From contig NZ_JBHSTI010000002.1 in the NCBI RefSeq assembly GCF_042660085.1, forward strand, positions 30,001 through 62,000: a DNA stretch of 32,000 bases. The letters are read 5' to 3'. The stretch's first letter is position 1. Every line of letters starts with the position of its first letter. Both the position numbers and the translations under genes were made by a program. The notes below the pieces were generated by a model that saw only the letters and a list, made by a program, of their open reading frames with translations, was not told the origin of the DNA and made no database searches. Shown piece after piece: positions 8,999-18,841 of this stretch. This DNA comes from Longivirga aurantiaca (GTDB lineage Bacteria > Actinomycetota > Actinomycetes > S36-B12 > CAIYMF01).

Positions 8999-10285
8999 AT
9001 GCCGGCGATCGTCCTGGTCGGAGCCCAATGGGGCGACGAGGGCAAGGGCAAGGCCACCGACCTTCTCGGTAGCCGGGTCGACTACGTCGTGAAGTTCAAC
9101 GGCGGCAACAACGCGGGCCACACGGTCGTGATCGGCCAGGAGAAGTACGCCCTCCACCTGCTGCCGTCCGGCATCCTCACCGATGGCGTGGTCCCCGTGA
9201 TCGGCAATGGCGTCGTGATCGACCTCGGGGTGCTGTTCCACGAGATCGACGGGCTCGAGGCGCGCGGCGTCGACACGAGCCGCCTCGTCGTGAGCGCCAA
9301 CGCGCACATCATCCCGTCGTACAACCGCACCCTCGACAAGGTCACCGAGCGCTTCCTCGGCAGCCGCAAGATCGGCACGACCGGTCGCGGCATCGGCCCG
9401 ACGTACGCCGACAAGATGAGCCGCGTCGGCATCCGCGTGCAGGACCTGTTCGACGAGAAGATCCTGCGGCAGAAGGTGGAAGGCGCCCTCGCGCAGAAGA
9501 ACCACCTGCTCGTGAAGGTCTACAACCGGCGCGCGATCACGGTCGACGAGGTCGTGGAGGAGCTGCTCGGGCACACCGAGCGCCTGCGCCCGTACGTCAC
9601 CGACACCACGCTGCTGCTGGGCGAGGCGCTGCAGCGCGACGAGGTCGTGCTGCTCGAGGGCGGCCAGGCCACGCTGCTCGACGTCGACCACGGCACCTAC
9701 CCGTTCGTGACGTCGTCCAACGCGACCGCCGGCGGTGCGTGCACCGGTGCGGGCATCGCGCCGACGCAGGTGACGCGTGTGATCGCGATCGCCAAGGCGT
9801 ACATCACGCGCGTGGGCGAGGGCCCGTTCCCGACCGAGCTGTTCGACGAGGACGGCGAGCGTCTGCGCAGCATCGGGCACGAGTACGGCACCACCACCGG
9901 GCGCCCGCGCCGCTGCGGCTGGTTCGACATCCCGATCGCGCGCTACGCCTCGCGCATCAACGGCGTCACCGACCTCGTCATCACCAAGCTCGACGTCCTC
10001 ACCGGCTGGGAGCAGATCCCGGTGTGCGTGGCGTACGACGTCGATGGCGAGCGCCTCGAGGACCTGCCGATGACGCAGACCGGCTTCCACCACGCCAAGC
10101 CGGTGTACGAGTACCTCCCCGGCTGGAGCGAGGACATCTCGGGCGCGCGCGAGATCGGCGACCTGCCGGCCAACGCACGTGCCTACATCCAGTACCTCGA
10201 GGACCGGTCGAACGCGCGCATCAGCGCGATCGGCGTCGGCCCCGAGCGCGACCAGACCGTCGTCCTCCACGACCTCCTCGACTGA
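8999..10285 (+). CDS. purA: Adenylosuccinate synthase
   Basis: 428 aa. [34 protein letters not shown] Shine-Dalgarno sequence 6 nt upstream of the ATG. Confidence 0.95.
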   Translation: MPAIVLVGAQWGDEGKGKATDLLGSRVDYVVKFNGGNNAGHTVVIGQEKYALHLLPSGILTDGVVPVIGNGVVIDLGVLFHEIDGLEARGVDTSRLVVSANAHIIPSYNRTLDKVTERFLGSRKIGTTGRGIGPTYADKMSRVGIRVQDLFDEKILRQKVEGALAQKNHLLVKVYNRRAITVDEVVEELLGHTERLRPYVTDTTLLLGEALQRDEVVLLEGGQATLLDVDHGTYPFVTSSNATAGGACTGAGIAPTQVTRVIAIAKAYITRVGEGPFPTELFDEDGERLRSIGHEYGTTTGRPRRCGWFDIPIARYASRINGVTDLVITKLDVLTGWEQIPVCVAYDVDGERLEDLPMTQTGFHHAKPVYEYLPGWSEDISGAREIGDLPANARAYIQYLEDRSNARISAIGVGPERDQTVVLHDLLD

Positions 10286-10424
10286 CCCGTCCCGCCCGAT
10301 CGTTTGCGATGAAGTCCCCTACTGGCCTCGTCGGCAGGGCCTCCTCGCCCAGCGGGGGCCCAAGGCGCATCCAATAGAGCCGTACTCAGGAGCCCTTCAT
10401 CTCGGGCTCTGGCACCCTGACGCC

Positions 10425-10886
10425 ATGATGACGCTGCGTACGGCGGCCCCTCCGGACCACGCGCGGATCCTCGACGTCATGCCGGCGTGGTGGGGCGGGC
10501 GCGACCTCCGCGCCCTCGTGCCGTCGCTCTTCCTCGAGCACTTCGCCGGCACGTCCCTCGTGGCCGAGGCCGACGGCGAGCTCGCCGGCTTCCTCATCGG
10601 CTTCGTGAGCCAGGACCGCCCGGACGAGGCGTACGTCCACATGATCGGCGTCGATCCCGCTCGCCGTGGCGACGGTCTCGGACGGCGGCTGCACGACGAG
10701 TTCGCCGACCTCGTGCGCGAGCGCGGCGTACGACGGATCCGCTGCGTGACCTCGACCGTCAACACCGCTTCGGTCGCGTTCCACACCTCGATCGGCTTCG
10801 TCGTCACGGGCACCGGCGTGCCTGTCGAGGCGCGCGGCCTCGAGGCGGACGCCGACGGACACGTGCTCATGTGCCGCGAGATCTGA
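10425..10886 (+). CDS. GNAT family N-acetyltransferase
   Basis: 153 aa from ATG 10425 inside track ORF 10179..10886. Acetyl-CoA motif IGVDPARRGDGLGRRL. Confidence 0.8.
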   Translation: MMTLRTAAPPDHARILDVMPAWWGGRDLRALVPSLFLEHFAGTSLVAEADGELAGFLIGFVSQDRPDEAYVHMIGVDPARRGDGLGRRLHDEFADLVRERGVRRIRCVTSTVNTASVAFHTSIGFVVTGTGVPVEARGLEADADGHVLMCREI

Positions 10887-10965
10887 CCGACGCCGGTGCT
10901 GCGGGTGTGAGCGGGGAGACGCACACCCGGGCGGCTCGGGCCTGCCACGCACCGCGCGGCGCGAC

Positions 10966-10971
10966 TAGCGT
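10966..10971 (+). promoter_or_regulatory. -10 box TAGCGT, 6 nt before ATG 10978 (leaderless)
   Basis: TAGCGT-ggagcc-ATG. Confidence 0.4.
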
Positions 10972-10977
10972 GGAGCC

Positions 10978-11658
10978 ATGATCGAGGAGCGGTTCACGCC
11001 GCGCGAGGACCCCAGGCCGGACGACGTCCACTGGCCCGTCGCGCAGTGGCCGCCGCCGCCCGGCATCCACCTGCGCGGCACCTGGGTCGAGCTCACGCCC
11101 GCGACCACGCAGGACGCGCACGGACTGCGGATGGCCCTCGACCACGACCACGTCTGGCAGCACCTCATGGGCGGCCCGCTCCCCGACGACAGCACTGCGC
11201 GGCACTGGGTCACCAACGTGCTGGACCGCGGCTGGTTCCCGTGGACCGTCCGCCTGCGCCGCGACGTCGGCGGCCGGCACGCCGGCACGATCGTCGGCTG
11301 GTCGTCGTTCCTCGAGATCGCGCCGAACGACGCGCGCCTCGAGATCGGCAACACCGCCTACGACCCCGCCGTGTGGGGCTCGGTCGTGAACCCCGAGTGC
11401 AAGCTGCTGCTGCTCAGCTACGCGTTCGAGGAGCTGCACATGGGACGGGTGCAGCTCAAGACCGACATCCGCAACCACCGGTCGCAGGCGGCCATCGCCC
11501 GTCTCGGCGCCGCGTACGAGGGCGTCCTGCGCCGCTACCAGCGCCGCGCGGACGGCACCGTGCGCGACACCGTCATGTTCAGCATCACGGCCGAGGACTG
11601 GCCCGACGTACGCCGATCGCTCGGCGACCGCGTCGACGCGTACGACGCCCTCGCCTGA
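10978..11658 (+). CDS. GNAT family N-acetyltransferase (RimJ/RimL-like)
   Basis: 226 aa. ...ARLEIGNTAYDP..., LLLSYAFEELHMGRVQLKTDIRNHRSQAAIARLGAAYEGVLR. Confidence 0.8.
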   Translation: MIEERFTPREDPRPDDVHWPVAQWPPPPGIHLRGTWVELTPATTQDAHGLRMALDHDHVWQHLMGGPLPDDSTARHWVTNVLDRGWFPWTVRLRRDVGGRHAGTIVGWSSFLEIAPNDARLEIGNTAYDPAVWGSVVNPECKLLLLSYAFEELHMGRVQLKTDIRNHRSQAAIARLGAAYEGVLRRYQRRADGTVRDTVMFSITAEDWPDVRRSLGDRVDAYDALA

Positions 11659-11791
11659 CCTGCGCTACAACCTGACGGCGCACGACGCTCCACCCTGACA
11701 CCCTGCACGTGACGCTGCTGCGCGCGGCGGCCTACCCTGAGCGGCAGACGCGCGGCCCGACCGCGCCGTACGCGAGCGACCAGGAGATCCC

Positions 11792-13141
11792 ATGTCCTTC
11801 ACGCCCGACCCCGCCGAGGGCCAGCGCGTCCTCGGGCTCGACCGCGCCCACGTCTTCCACTCGTGGTCGGCGCAGGCCGCGCTCAACCCGATGCTCATCG
11901 CCGGCGGCGAGGGCTCGTACGTCTGGGACTACGACGGCAACCGCTTCCTGGACTTCTCCAGCCAGCTCGTCAACACCAACATCGGGCACCAGCACCCGAA
12001 GGTGATCGCGGCGATCCAGGAGCAGGCCGCGCTGCTCACCACCGTCGCACCGCAGCACGCGAACGCCGCCCGCGGCGACGCCGCGAAGCGCATCGTCGAG
12101 CTGGCCCCCGACGGCTTCAACAAGGTCTTCTTCACCAACGGCGGCGCCGACGCGATCGAGAACGCCATCCGCATGGCGCGCCTGCACACCGGCCGCCGCA
12201 AGGTGCTGTCGTTCTACCGCTCGTACCACGGCAACACCGGCGCAGCCATCGCCGCCACCGGCGACCCGCGCCGCTGGCCGAACGAGTTCGCCGACGACCA
12301 CGTGCACTTCTTCGGCCCCTACCTCTACCGCTCGTCGTTCTGGGCGACCACCGAGGCCGAGGAGGCCGAGCGCGCCCTGCAGCACCTCGAGCAGGTCATC
12401 ACGTTCGAGGGCCCGGCCACGATCGCGTCGATCCTCTTGGAGTCGGTCGTCGGTACCGCCGGCGTGCTCATCCCGCCGCCCGGCTACCTCGAGGGCGTCC
12501 GTGCCCTGTGCGACAAGCACGGGATCATGCTCATCCTCGACGAGGTCATGGCCGGCTTCGGCCGCACCGGCGAGTGGTTCGCGTTCGAGAACTTCGACGT
12601 CGTGCCCGACCTCATCACCTTCGCCAAGGGCTCCAACTCGGGCTACGTGCCGGTGGGCGGCGTCATCATCAGCGACCCGATCGCGGCGACCTTCGACGAG
12701 CGCGTCTTCCCCGGAGGCCTCACCTACTCCGGCCACCCGCTGGCCTGCGCCTCGATCGTCGCCTCGATCGACGCGATGAAGGAGGAGGGGATCGTCGAGA
12801 ACGCCAAGCGCATCGGCGCCGACGTGCTCGGGCCCGGCCTGCGCGAGCTCGCCGAGCGCCACCCCGTGATCGGCGAGGTCCGTGGCCTCGGCGTCTTCTG
12901 GGCGCTCGACCTCGTGACCGACCGCGCCACCCGCGAGCCGCTCGCGCCGTACGGCGGATCCTCGCCGGCGATGGTCGAGCTGCTCGGCGAGATCAAGAAG
13001 CGCGGCGTGCTCCCCTTCGCCAACTTCAACCGCCTGCACGTCGTGCCGCCGTGCAACGTCTCGGACACCGAGGTCAAGGACGGCCTCGCCGTGCTCGACG
13101 AGGCGTTCGGCGTGATCGACAAGCACTACACCGGCGCCTGA
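11792..13141 (+). CDS. Class-III (omega) PLP-dependent aminotransferase
   Basis: 449 aa. FFTNGGADAIENAIRMAR, LILDEVMAGFGRTGEWFA, TFAKGSNSGYVPVGG (Lys of the PLP motif). AGGAGA Shine-Dalgarno sequence upstream. Confidence 0.9.
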   Translation: MSFTPDPAEGQRVLGLDRAHVFHSWSAQAALNPMLIAGGEGSYVWDYDGNRFLDFSSQLVNTNIGHQHPKVIAAIQEQAALLTTVAPQHANAARGDAAKRIVELAPDGFNKVFFTNGGADAIENAIRMARLHTGRRKVLSFYRSYHGNTGAAIAATGDPRRWPNEFADDHVHFFGPYLYRSSFWATTEAEEAERALQHLEQVITFEGPATIASILLESVVGTAGVLIPPPGYLEGVRALCDKHGIMLILDEVMAGFGRTGEWFAFENFDVVPDLITFAKGSNSGYVPVGGVIISDPIAATFDERVFPGGLTYSGHPLACASIVASIDAMKEEGIVENAKRIGADVLGPGLRELAERHPVIGEVRGLGVFWALDLVTDRATREPLAPYGGSSPAMVELLGEIKKRGVLPFANFNRLHVVPPCNVSDTEVKDGLAVLDEAFGVIDKHYTGA

Positions 13142-13154
13142 CACCGACGTACAC

Positions 13155-13190
13155 GCAGAGCGGCGGCTCCCTACGGGGTCGCCGCTCTGC
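13155..13190. terminator. Hairpin between convergent genes (possible bidirectional terminator)
   Basis: GCAGAGCGGCG-gctccctacggggt-CGCCGCTCTGC, an 11-bp perfect stem starting 14 nt after the aminotransferase stop. Confidence 0.6.
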
Positions 13191-13230
13191 CTGTCGGAGG
13201 GGATGGTCGCCGTCGTCCGAGGCCCAGGGC

Positions 13231-13434
13231 TCAGGGGCCGCGCTCGCGGTGCCACGGGTGGCCCCAGACGAACCAGGCGAGGGCGCCGAGCACCCAGAAG
13301 AACAGGAACGTCAGGACCCAGGCCGGCTTGGCCAGCGTGCGGACGTCGACGGGGTCGGTCATCCACCAGTCGACGATGGCAGCGAGGTAGACCACCCAGG
13401 TGGCGCCCAGGACGATGGGCATCAGCCACTGCAT
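13231..13434 (-). CDS. PLD nuclease N-terminal (PLDc_N) domain small membrane protein
   Basis: 67 aa from ATG 13434 (MQWLMPIVLGATWVVYLAAIVDWW...WVLGALAWFVWGHPW). Two TM helices and a Trp-rich pattern typical of PLDc_N proteins. The longer 119-aa track ORF is not supported. Confidence 0.65.
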   Translation of the reverse strand: MQWLMPIVLGATWVVYLAAIVDWWMTDPVDVRTLAKPAWVLTFLFFWVLGALAWFVWGHPWHRERGP

Positions 13435-13510
13435 GTCCACGGCTCCAGGATGCTCCGTCCGGCAACCGCAGTCCTGTCCGCCGATGTGCTGCGCGCGCAG
13501 GACCGCGTCC

Positions 13511-14008
13511 ATGACGATGGTGCGCATGACCCTCGACGACGACGTGCTCGACGCCGCCACGCAGCGCAAGGTCGCGGTCGCGCTCTTCAACCGCGTGTGG
13601 GACCTCCTCGACTCCGGCGACGGGCGATCGGCGGAGGAGACCGCGGAGATGCTCGACGCCGCCCACGCGAGCCGCTACCTCTGGCGCCGGATGGGCGGCG
13701 AGGAGCAGGCCATCGTCGGCGAGTGGCAGATCAGCCGGGCGTACGCCGCGGCGGGGCTCGGGCTCGAGGCCGTGCGGCACGCCAACGTCTCGCTCGCGCT
13801 GCTCGTCGCGGCCGAGGGCGAGCTGCCCGACTGGCTGACGGCATCGGTGCACGAGGGGCTCGCCCGCGCCCTGCTCGCGAACGGCGACGGCGCAGGTGCG
13901 TCGGCCGCCATCCGCGAGGCCGCGGCCCTGGCAGCCCGGATCACCGACGCCGAGGACCGCGACCTCGTCGAGGCGCAGATCGCCGAGCTCATCTCCGACG
14001 ACGCCTGA
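13511..14008 (+). CDS. Hypothetical protein
   Basis: Strong G/C third-position bias. Helical, Ala/Leu/Glu-rich sequence. Start is ambiguous (ATG at 13511, 13517 or 13526). Confidence 0.6.
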   Translation: MTMVRMTLDDDVLDAATQRKVAVALFNRVWDLLDSGDGRSAEETAEMLDAAHASRYLWRRMGGEEQAIVGEWQISRAYAAAGLGLEAVRHANVSLALLVAAEGELPDWLTASVHEGLARALLANGDGAGASAAIREAAALAARITDAEDRDLVEAQIAELISDDA

Positions 14009-14064
14009 GGCGGCGCCCTCCCTCAGGCCGCGCAACCGGCCTGAGGGCCGCGGCCCCTGTCGCC

Positions 14065-14070
14065 TAGGGT
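14065..14070 (+). promoter_or_regulatory. -10 box TAGGGT, 7 nt before GTG 14078 (leaderless purD)
   Basis: TAGGGT-gagacgc-GTG. This favours GTG 14078 (VKVLVLGSGAREHAL, the canonical PurD N-terminus) over the track start at 14069. Confidence 0.4.
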
Positions 14071-14077
14071 GAGACGC

Positions 14078-15355
14078 GTGAAGGTGCTCGTACTCGGATC
14101 CGGTGCTCGTGAGCACGCCCTCGTCCGCGCGCTCGCCGCGGACGCGACCGTGGAGGAGCTGCACGCGGCGCCCGGCAACGCAGGCATCGCGGCTGACTCC
14201 TCGGTGCACCCCCTCGACCTCGCCCACCCGGCAGCGGCCGTGGCGCTGGCGCAGGCCCTGGGCGTCGACCTGGTCGTCGTCGGGCCCGAGGGCCCGCTCG
14301 TGATCGGTGTGGCCGATGCGCTGCGCGCCGCCGGCATCGCGACCTTCGGCCCCGGCGCCGAGGCAGCCCGCCTCGAAGGCAGCAAGGCCTTCGCCAAGGA
14401 GGTCATGGCCGCCGCGAGCGTGCCCACCGCCATGGCGCACGTGTGCGAGACGAGCGACGAGGTCGAGGCGGCCTTCGACGCGTTCGGTGCGCCGTACGTC
14501 GTGAAGGACGACGGCCTTGCCGCGGGCAAGGGAGTGGTCGTCACCGACGACCGCGTGGCAGCGCTCGAGCACGCGCTCGCGTGCCTCGCCAAGGGCGACG
14601 GCCGCGTGGTGGTCGAGGAGTTCCTCGACGGCCCCGAGGTGTCGCTCTTCTGCCTGTCGGACGGCGAGCACGTGGTGCCGCTGCAGCCGGCCCAGGACTT
14701 CAAGCGCGTGGCCGACGGCGACCTCGGCCCCAACACCGGCGGCATGGGCGCCTACTCGCCGCTGCCCTGGGCGCCGGACGGGCTCGTCGAGGACGTCGTG
14801 GCCCGCGTGGTGCAGCCGACCGTCGACGAGCTGCGACGCCGCGGCACGCCGTTCATCGGCGTGGTCTACGCCGGCCTCGCGCTCACCTCGCGCGGTCTGC
14901 GCGTCATCGAGTTCAACGCCCGCTTCGGCGACCCGGAGACCCAGGTCGTGCTCGCACGGCTGAGGACTCCGCTCGCGCACGTGCTGCAGGCCGCCGCCAC
15001 CGGCGCCCTGCACGACCTCGAGGACCTGCGCTGGCGCGACGGCGCCGCGGTCACCGTGGTCGTCGCGGCCGAGAACTACCCCGGCACGCCGGTCAGCGGT
15101 GTGGCGATCCGCGGTCTCGACGAGGCGAACGCGGTCGACAACGCGTACGTGCTGCACGCCGGCACCGCGCACGACGCCGTCGGCGACGTCGTCTCCGCGG
15201 GCGGTCGCGTGCTCTCGGTCGTCGGCGTCGGCGCCGACCTCGCCGAGGCCCGTGAGCGCGCGTACGCCGCCGTCGACCTCATCGACCTCCCGGGCTCGCA
15301 CCACCGCAGCGACATCGCGCTCGCCGCCGAGCTCGGCGAGATCCACCTGCCCTGA
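14078..15355 (+). CDS. purD: Phosphoribosylamine--glycine ligase
   Basis: VKVLVLGSGAREHAL..., ATP-grasp core, FNARFGDPETQ. The track ORF begins 9 nt earlier, at 14069. Confidence 0.93.
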   Translation: MKVLVLGSGAREHALVRALAADATVEELHAAPGNAGIAADSSVHPLDLAHPAAAVALAQALGVDLVVVGPEGPLVIGVADALRAAGIATFGPGAEAARLEGSKAFAKEVMAAASVPTAMAHVCETSDEVEAAFDAFGAPYVVKDDGLAAGKGVVVTDDRVAALEHALACLAKGDGRVVVEEFLDGPEVSLFCLSDGEHVVPLQPAQDFKRVADGDLGPNTGGMGAYSPLPWAPDGLVEDVVARVVQPTVDELRRRGTPFIGVVYAGLALTSRGLRVIEFNARFGDPETQVVLARLRTPLAHVLQAAATGALHDLEDLRWRDGAAVTVVVAAENYPGTPVSGVAIRGLDEANAVDNAYVLHAGTAHDAVGDVVSAGGRVLSVVGVGADLAEARERAYAAVDLIDLPGSHHRSDIALAAELGEIHLP

Positions 15356-15509
15356 GCGGCCGCCGCACCGGCTGACGTCCACGAGATCGACAGGTGGCCG
15401 CCCGCGAACGGTCGATCCCGTGGGCCTCACCCACGATGGCCGATTCCGGCGTACGCCCGCGACCTGAGAGGATGAGGCGTACCGCCCGCCTCGACCTGAA
15501 GGCCGCCGC

Positions 15510-16943
15510 ATGCCCAGCACGCCCGCGATCCCGAACGTCCTCGCCTCCCGCTACGCCTCGACGCCCATGGCGACGGTGTGGTCTCCCGAGCACAAGATCG
15601 TGCTCGAGCGCCAGCTCTGGATCGCGGTGCTCAAGGCGCAGCGCGACCTCGGCATCGAGGTGCCGGACGGCGTCGTCGAGGCGTACGAGGCGGTCGTCGA
15701 CCAGGTCGACCTCGACCGCATCCGCGATCGCGAGCGGATCACGCGGCACGACGTCAAGGCGCGGATCGAGGAGTTCTCCGACCTCGCCGGCTTCGAGCAC
15801 GTGCACAAGGGCATGACCTCGCGCGACCTCACCGAGAACGTCGAGCAGCTGCAGATCCTTCGGTCGCTCGAGATCGTGCGCGACAAGACGGTGGCCGTGC
15901 TGGCCCGCCTCGCCAACCACGCCATCGCGTACGAGGACCTCGCGATCGCCGGCCGCTCGCACAACGTGGCCGCGCAGATGACCACGCTCGGCAAGCGCTT
16001 CGCCTCCGCTGCCGACGAGATGCTCGTCGCGCACCGCCGCGTCGAGGAGCTCATCGGGCGCTATCCGCTGCGCGGCATCAAGGGCCCGGTCGGCACCGCG
16101 CAGGACATGCTCGACCTCCTCGACGGCGACACCGGCAAGCTCGACGAGCTCGAGGACCGCGTCGCTGCGCACCTCGGCTTCAACCACGTGTTCACCAGCG
16201 TCGGCCAGGTCTACCCGCGCTCGCTCGACTGGGACGTCGTCACGGCGCTCGTCCAGCTGGCGTCGGGCCCGTCGTCGTTCGCGACCACCGTGCGCCTCAT
16301 GGCCGGCAACGAGCTCGTCACCGAGGGCTTCAAGCCGGGCCAGGTCGGCTCGTCGGCCATGCCGCACAAGATGAACTCGCGCTCGTGCGAGCGCATCAAC
16401 GGCTTCGCGGTGATCCTGCGGGGCTACGCCTCGATGGTCGGCGAGCTCTCCGGCGCGCAGTGGAACGAGGGTGACGTCTTCTGCTCCGTCGTACGCCGCG
16501 TGGCGCTGCCGGATGCGTTCTTCGCCATCGACGGCCTGCTCGAGACGTTCCTGACCGTGCTCGACGAGTTCGGCGCGTTCCCCGCCGTCGCGGAGCGAGA
16601 GCTGCGCCGCTACCTGCCGTTCCTCGCCACGACCAAGGTGCTGATCGCCGCGGTCAAGAACGGCGTGGGCCGCGAGGTGGCGCACGAGGCGATCAAGGAG
16701 CACGCCGTCGCCGTCGCGCTGCAGATGCGCGAGAAGGGCACCGAGGGCAACGACCTGTTCGACCGCCTCGCCGCCGACCCGCGCCTCGGCCTCTCGCGCG
16801 AGGACCTCGAGGCGCTCGTGGCCGAGCCGATCGAGTTCACCGGCGCCGCCCGCACCCAGGTGTCCGCCGTCGCCGACGAGATCGAGCACCTCATGGCCGA
16901 GCGCCCCGACGCCGCCGTCTACGCCCCCGAGCCCATCCTCTAG
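15510..16943 (+). CDS. purB: Adenylosuccinate lyase
   Basis: 477 aa. N-terminus IPNVLASRYAS. Fumarate-lyase signature GSSAMPHKMN. Confidence 0.95.
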   Translation: MPSTPAIPNVLASRYASTPMATVWSPEHKIVLERQLWIAVLKAQRDLGIEVPDGVVEAYEAVVDQVDLDRIRDRERITRHDVKARIEEFSDLAGFEHVHKGMTSRDLTENVEQLQILRSLEIVRDKTVAVLARLANHAIAYEDLAIAGRSHNVAAQMTTLGKRFASAADEMLVAHRRVEELIGRYPLRGIKGPVGTAQDMLDLLDGDTGKLDELEDRVAAHLGFNHVFTSVGQVYPRSLDWDVVTALVQLASGPSSFATTVRLMAGNELVTEGFKPGQVGSSAMPHKMNSRSCERINGFAVILRGYASMVGELSGAQWNEGDVFCSVVRRVALPDAFFAIDGLLETFLTVLDEFGAFPAVAERELRRYLPFLATTKVLIAAVKNGVGREVAHEAIKEHAVAVALQMREKGTEGNDLFDRLAADPRLGLSREDLEALVAEPIEFTGAARTQVSAVADEIEHLMAERPDAAVYAPEPIL

Positions 16944-16976
16944 CCCGACGAGACCGACCAGACAGCGCGGCCTCGG

Positions 16977-18128
16977 TCAGAGGCCGAGCTCGCGGGCGAT
17001 GAGCATGCGCTGCACCTCGCTCGTGCCCTCGCCGATCTCGAGGATCTTCGAGTCGCGCCACATGCGGGCCACGGGGTACTCGTTCATGAATCCGTAGCCG
17101 CCGTGGATCTGGGTGGCCTCGCGGGCGTTGGTCACCGCGCTCTCGGACGAGTGCAGCTTCGCGATCGCCGCCTGCTTCTTGTACGGCGCACCCGCGCGCA
17201 TGCGCGCCGCGGCGTCGTACCAGGCGAGGCGCGAGGTGTGCGCGCGCATCTCCATGTCGGCGAGCTTGAAGGCGATGGCCTGGTTGGTGCCGATCGGGCG
17301 GCCGAAGGCCTCGCGGGTCTGCGCGTACGTCACCGACTCGTCGACGCAGCCCTGGGCGAGGCCGGTGGCCAGCGCGGCGATCGCGATGCGGCCCTCGTCG
17401 AGGATCGAGAGGAACTGGGCGTAGCCGCGACCGCGCTCGCCGAGCAGGTTGGCCGCCGGCACGCGGCACTCGGCGAACGAGAGCTCGTGGGTGTCGGAGC
17501 ACTGCCAGCCGACCTTGGAGTACTTCGGCGCGACGGTGAATCCAGGCGTGCCGCTCGGCACGATGATCGCCGAGATCTCCTTGCGGCCGTCGGCCTTCTC
17601 CCCGGTGACGGCCGTGACGGTGACGAAGCCGGTGATGTCGGTGCCCGAGTTGGTGATGAAAGCCTTGGTGCCGTTGATGACCCACTCATCGCCCTCGAGC
17701 CGCGCGGTGGTGCGCGTGCCGCCGGCGTCCGACCCGGCGCCCGGCTCGGTGAGCCCGAAGCCGCCGAGCATCTGACCGGTGACGAGCTGCGGCAGCCACT
17801 GCGCCTTCTGCTCGTCGGTGCCGAATCGGTGGATCGGCATCGCGCCGAGCGACACCGCGGCCTCGAGGGTGATCGCCACCGACGAGTCGACGCGCGCGAG
17901 CTCCTCGAGCGCGACGCACAGGGCGAGGTAGTCGCCGCCCATGCCGCCGACCTCCTCGGGGAACGGCAGGCCGAACAGCCCCATCTCGCCCATCTGCTTC
18001 ACGATCGCGTAGGGGAACTCGCCGCGTTCGTAGAGGTCGCCGATGATCGGCGCGATGACGTCGTGCGCGAACTCCTCGACCGTCGCGCGCAGCGCCTCGA
18101 GCTCGTCGTCGAGCCGGGTGTCGACCAT
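16977..18128 (-). CDS. Acyl-CoA dehydrogenase
   Basis: 383 aa. GFGLTEPGAGSD, QIHGGYGFMNEYPVARMWRDSKILEIGEGTSEVQRMLIAREL. Confidence 0.92.
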   Translation of the reverse strand: MVDTRLDDELEALRATVEEFAHDVIAPIIGDLYERGEFPYAIVKQMGEMGLFGLPFPEEVGGMGGDYLALCVALEELARVDSSVAITLEAAVSLGAMPIHRFGTDEQKAQWLPQLVTGQMLGGFGLTEPGAGSDAGGTRTTARLEGDEWVINGTKAFITNSGTDITGFVTVTAVTGEKADGRKEISAIIVPSGTPGFTVAPKYSKVGWQCSDTHELSFAECRVPAANLLGERGRGYAQFLSILDEGRIAIAALATGLAQGCVDESVTYAQTREAFGRPIGTNQAIAFKLADMEMRAHTSRLAWYDAAARMRAGAPYKKQAAIAKLHSSESAVTNAREATQIHGGYGFMNEYPVARMWRDSKILEIGEGTSEVQRMLIARELGL

Positions 18129-18291
18129 GGGTTCCTCCGTCGGGGTCCGCCTGATGTTAGTGAACGCTAACTGACGGCCTGGCGCAAGGGAAGGTGCGCG
18201 GGGGAGCGCACTGGGACGCCGCCGTACCCGCGGGTGCCTCGACGCCGCATGGCCACGCCTACCGGACTACCGTGAAACGAGGAGGCCGATC

Positions 18292-18792
18292 ATGAGCGTT
18301 CCGAGCACCTACACCTCCGTGAACGACACCGGCTGCTGCGCCGTGCCCAACGTGGACGACTGGGACGGTCGCACGATCGACCTGCACCAGCAGTTCATCC
18401 GGATGCACACGCGGAGCCTGTTCCACATCCCGCTCACCATGGGCCGCGTCATGAAGGCGCTGGATGAGGCGGCGACCCGGGCGGGGGCCCAGATGCCGGG
18501 CGAGCATGCGATGGTGCTGAGCCGCGACCTCTCGCCGTGGCGGGCCGAGCAGCTGTTCGCGGTGTCGGCACCGGTCGAGGGTGCCGACAACGTCGTCCTC
18601 GACGGCACCTTTGCATCGCGCGCGTTCGAAGGGCCGTACAGCCAGGCCCCGACCTGGCGCGACGGCCTCGTGCAGTACGCGGCGTCGCTGGGGCGGGACG
18701 TGGCGGAGGTCTACTTCTTCTACACGACCTGCCCGAAGTGCGCCCGCCACTACGGAAGCAACTTCGTGATCGTGCTGGGACGGCTCGTCTGA
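18292..18792 (+). CDS. Conserved hypothetical protein with N-terminal CC and C-terminal CPKC motifs
   Basis: 166 aa. GAGGAGG Shine-Dalgarno sequence 7 nt upstream. ...DTGCCAVPN... and ...VYFFYTTCPKCARHYG... Confidence 0.7.
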   Translation: MSVPSTYTSVNDTGCCAVPNVDDWDGRTIDLHQQFIRMHTRSLFHIPLTMGRVMKALDEAATRAGAQMPGEHAMVLSRDLSPWRAEQLFAVSAPVEGADNVVLDGTFASRAFEGPYSQAPTWRDGLVQYAASLGRDVAEVYFFYTTCPKCARHYGSNFVIVLGRLV

Positions 18793-18806
18793 ACTGCGCC
18801 GCGCCG

Positions 18807-18841
18807 CGACTGACCTCGTACGGCGTGCCGCTCGTCAGTCG
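18807..18841. terminator. Hairpin between convergent genes
   Basis: CGACTGAC (18807-18814) pairs with GTCAGTCG (18834-18841) across a 19-nt loop. The right arm overlaps the stop of the GNAT gene. Confidence 0.35.

Noticed and set aside
7232-10270. 1012-aa minus-strand ORF spanning the DUF3151, oxidoreductase and purA region
   Set aside because: It is a shadow ORF antisense to three well-supported plus-strand genes. The Arg/Ala/Gly/Asp-rich low-complexity translation is typical of stop-poor antisense frames in high-GC DNA.
10179-10886. Long 235-aa form of the GNAT ORF, and a 22-aa mini-ORF (MKSPTGLVGRASSPSGGPRRIQ) in the purA-GNAT gap
   Set aside because: The upstream extension overlaps the purA 3' end and is low complexity. 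The GNAT domain begins at ATG 10425. Nothing supports the mini-ORF.
11654-11740. Repeated CCTGAC-like hexamers upstream of the aminotransferase gene, considered as a regulatory array or riboswitch
   Set aside because: Spacing is irregular (17, 22 and longer), the motif is short and GC-rich, and I recognise no conserved structure.
11732-15520. 1262-aa minus-strand ORF, plus similar long antisense ORFs at 1325..3115, 2628..4286, 4106..5806, 15279..16889, 18449..20905 and 19951..21972
   Set aside because: All lie antisense to recognisable genes (aminotransferase, purD, MFS, fbaA, purB, HMG-CoA lyase, purC). Their translations have no recognisable motifs. They are high-GC artefacts.
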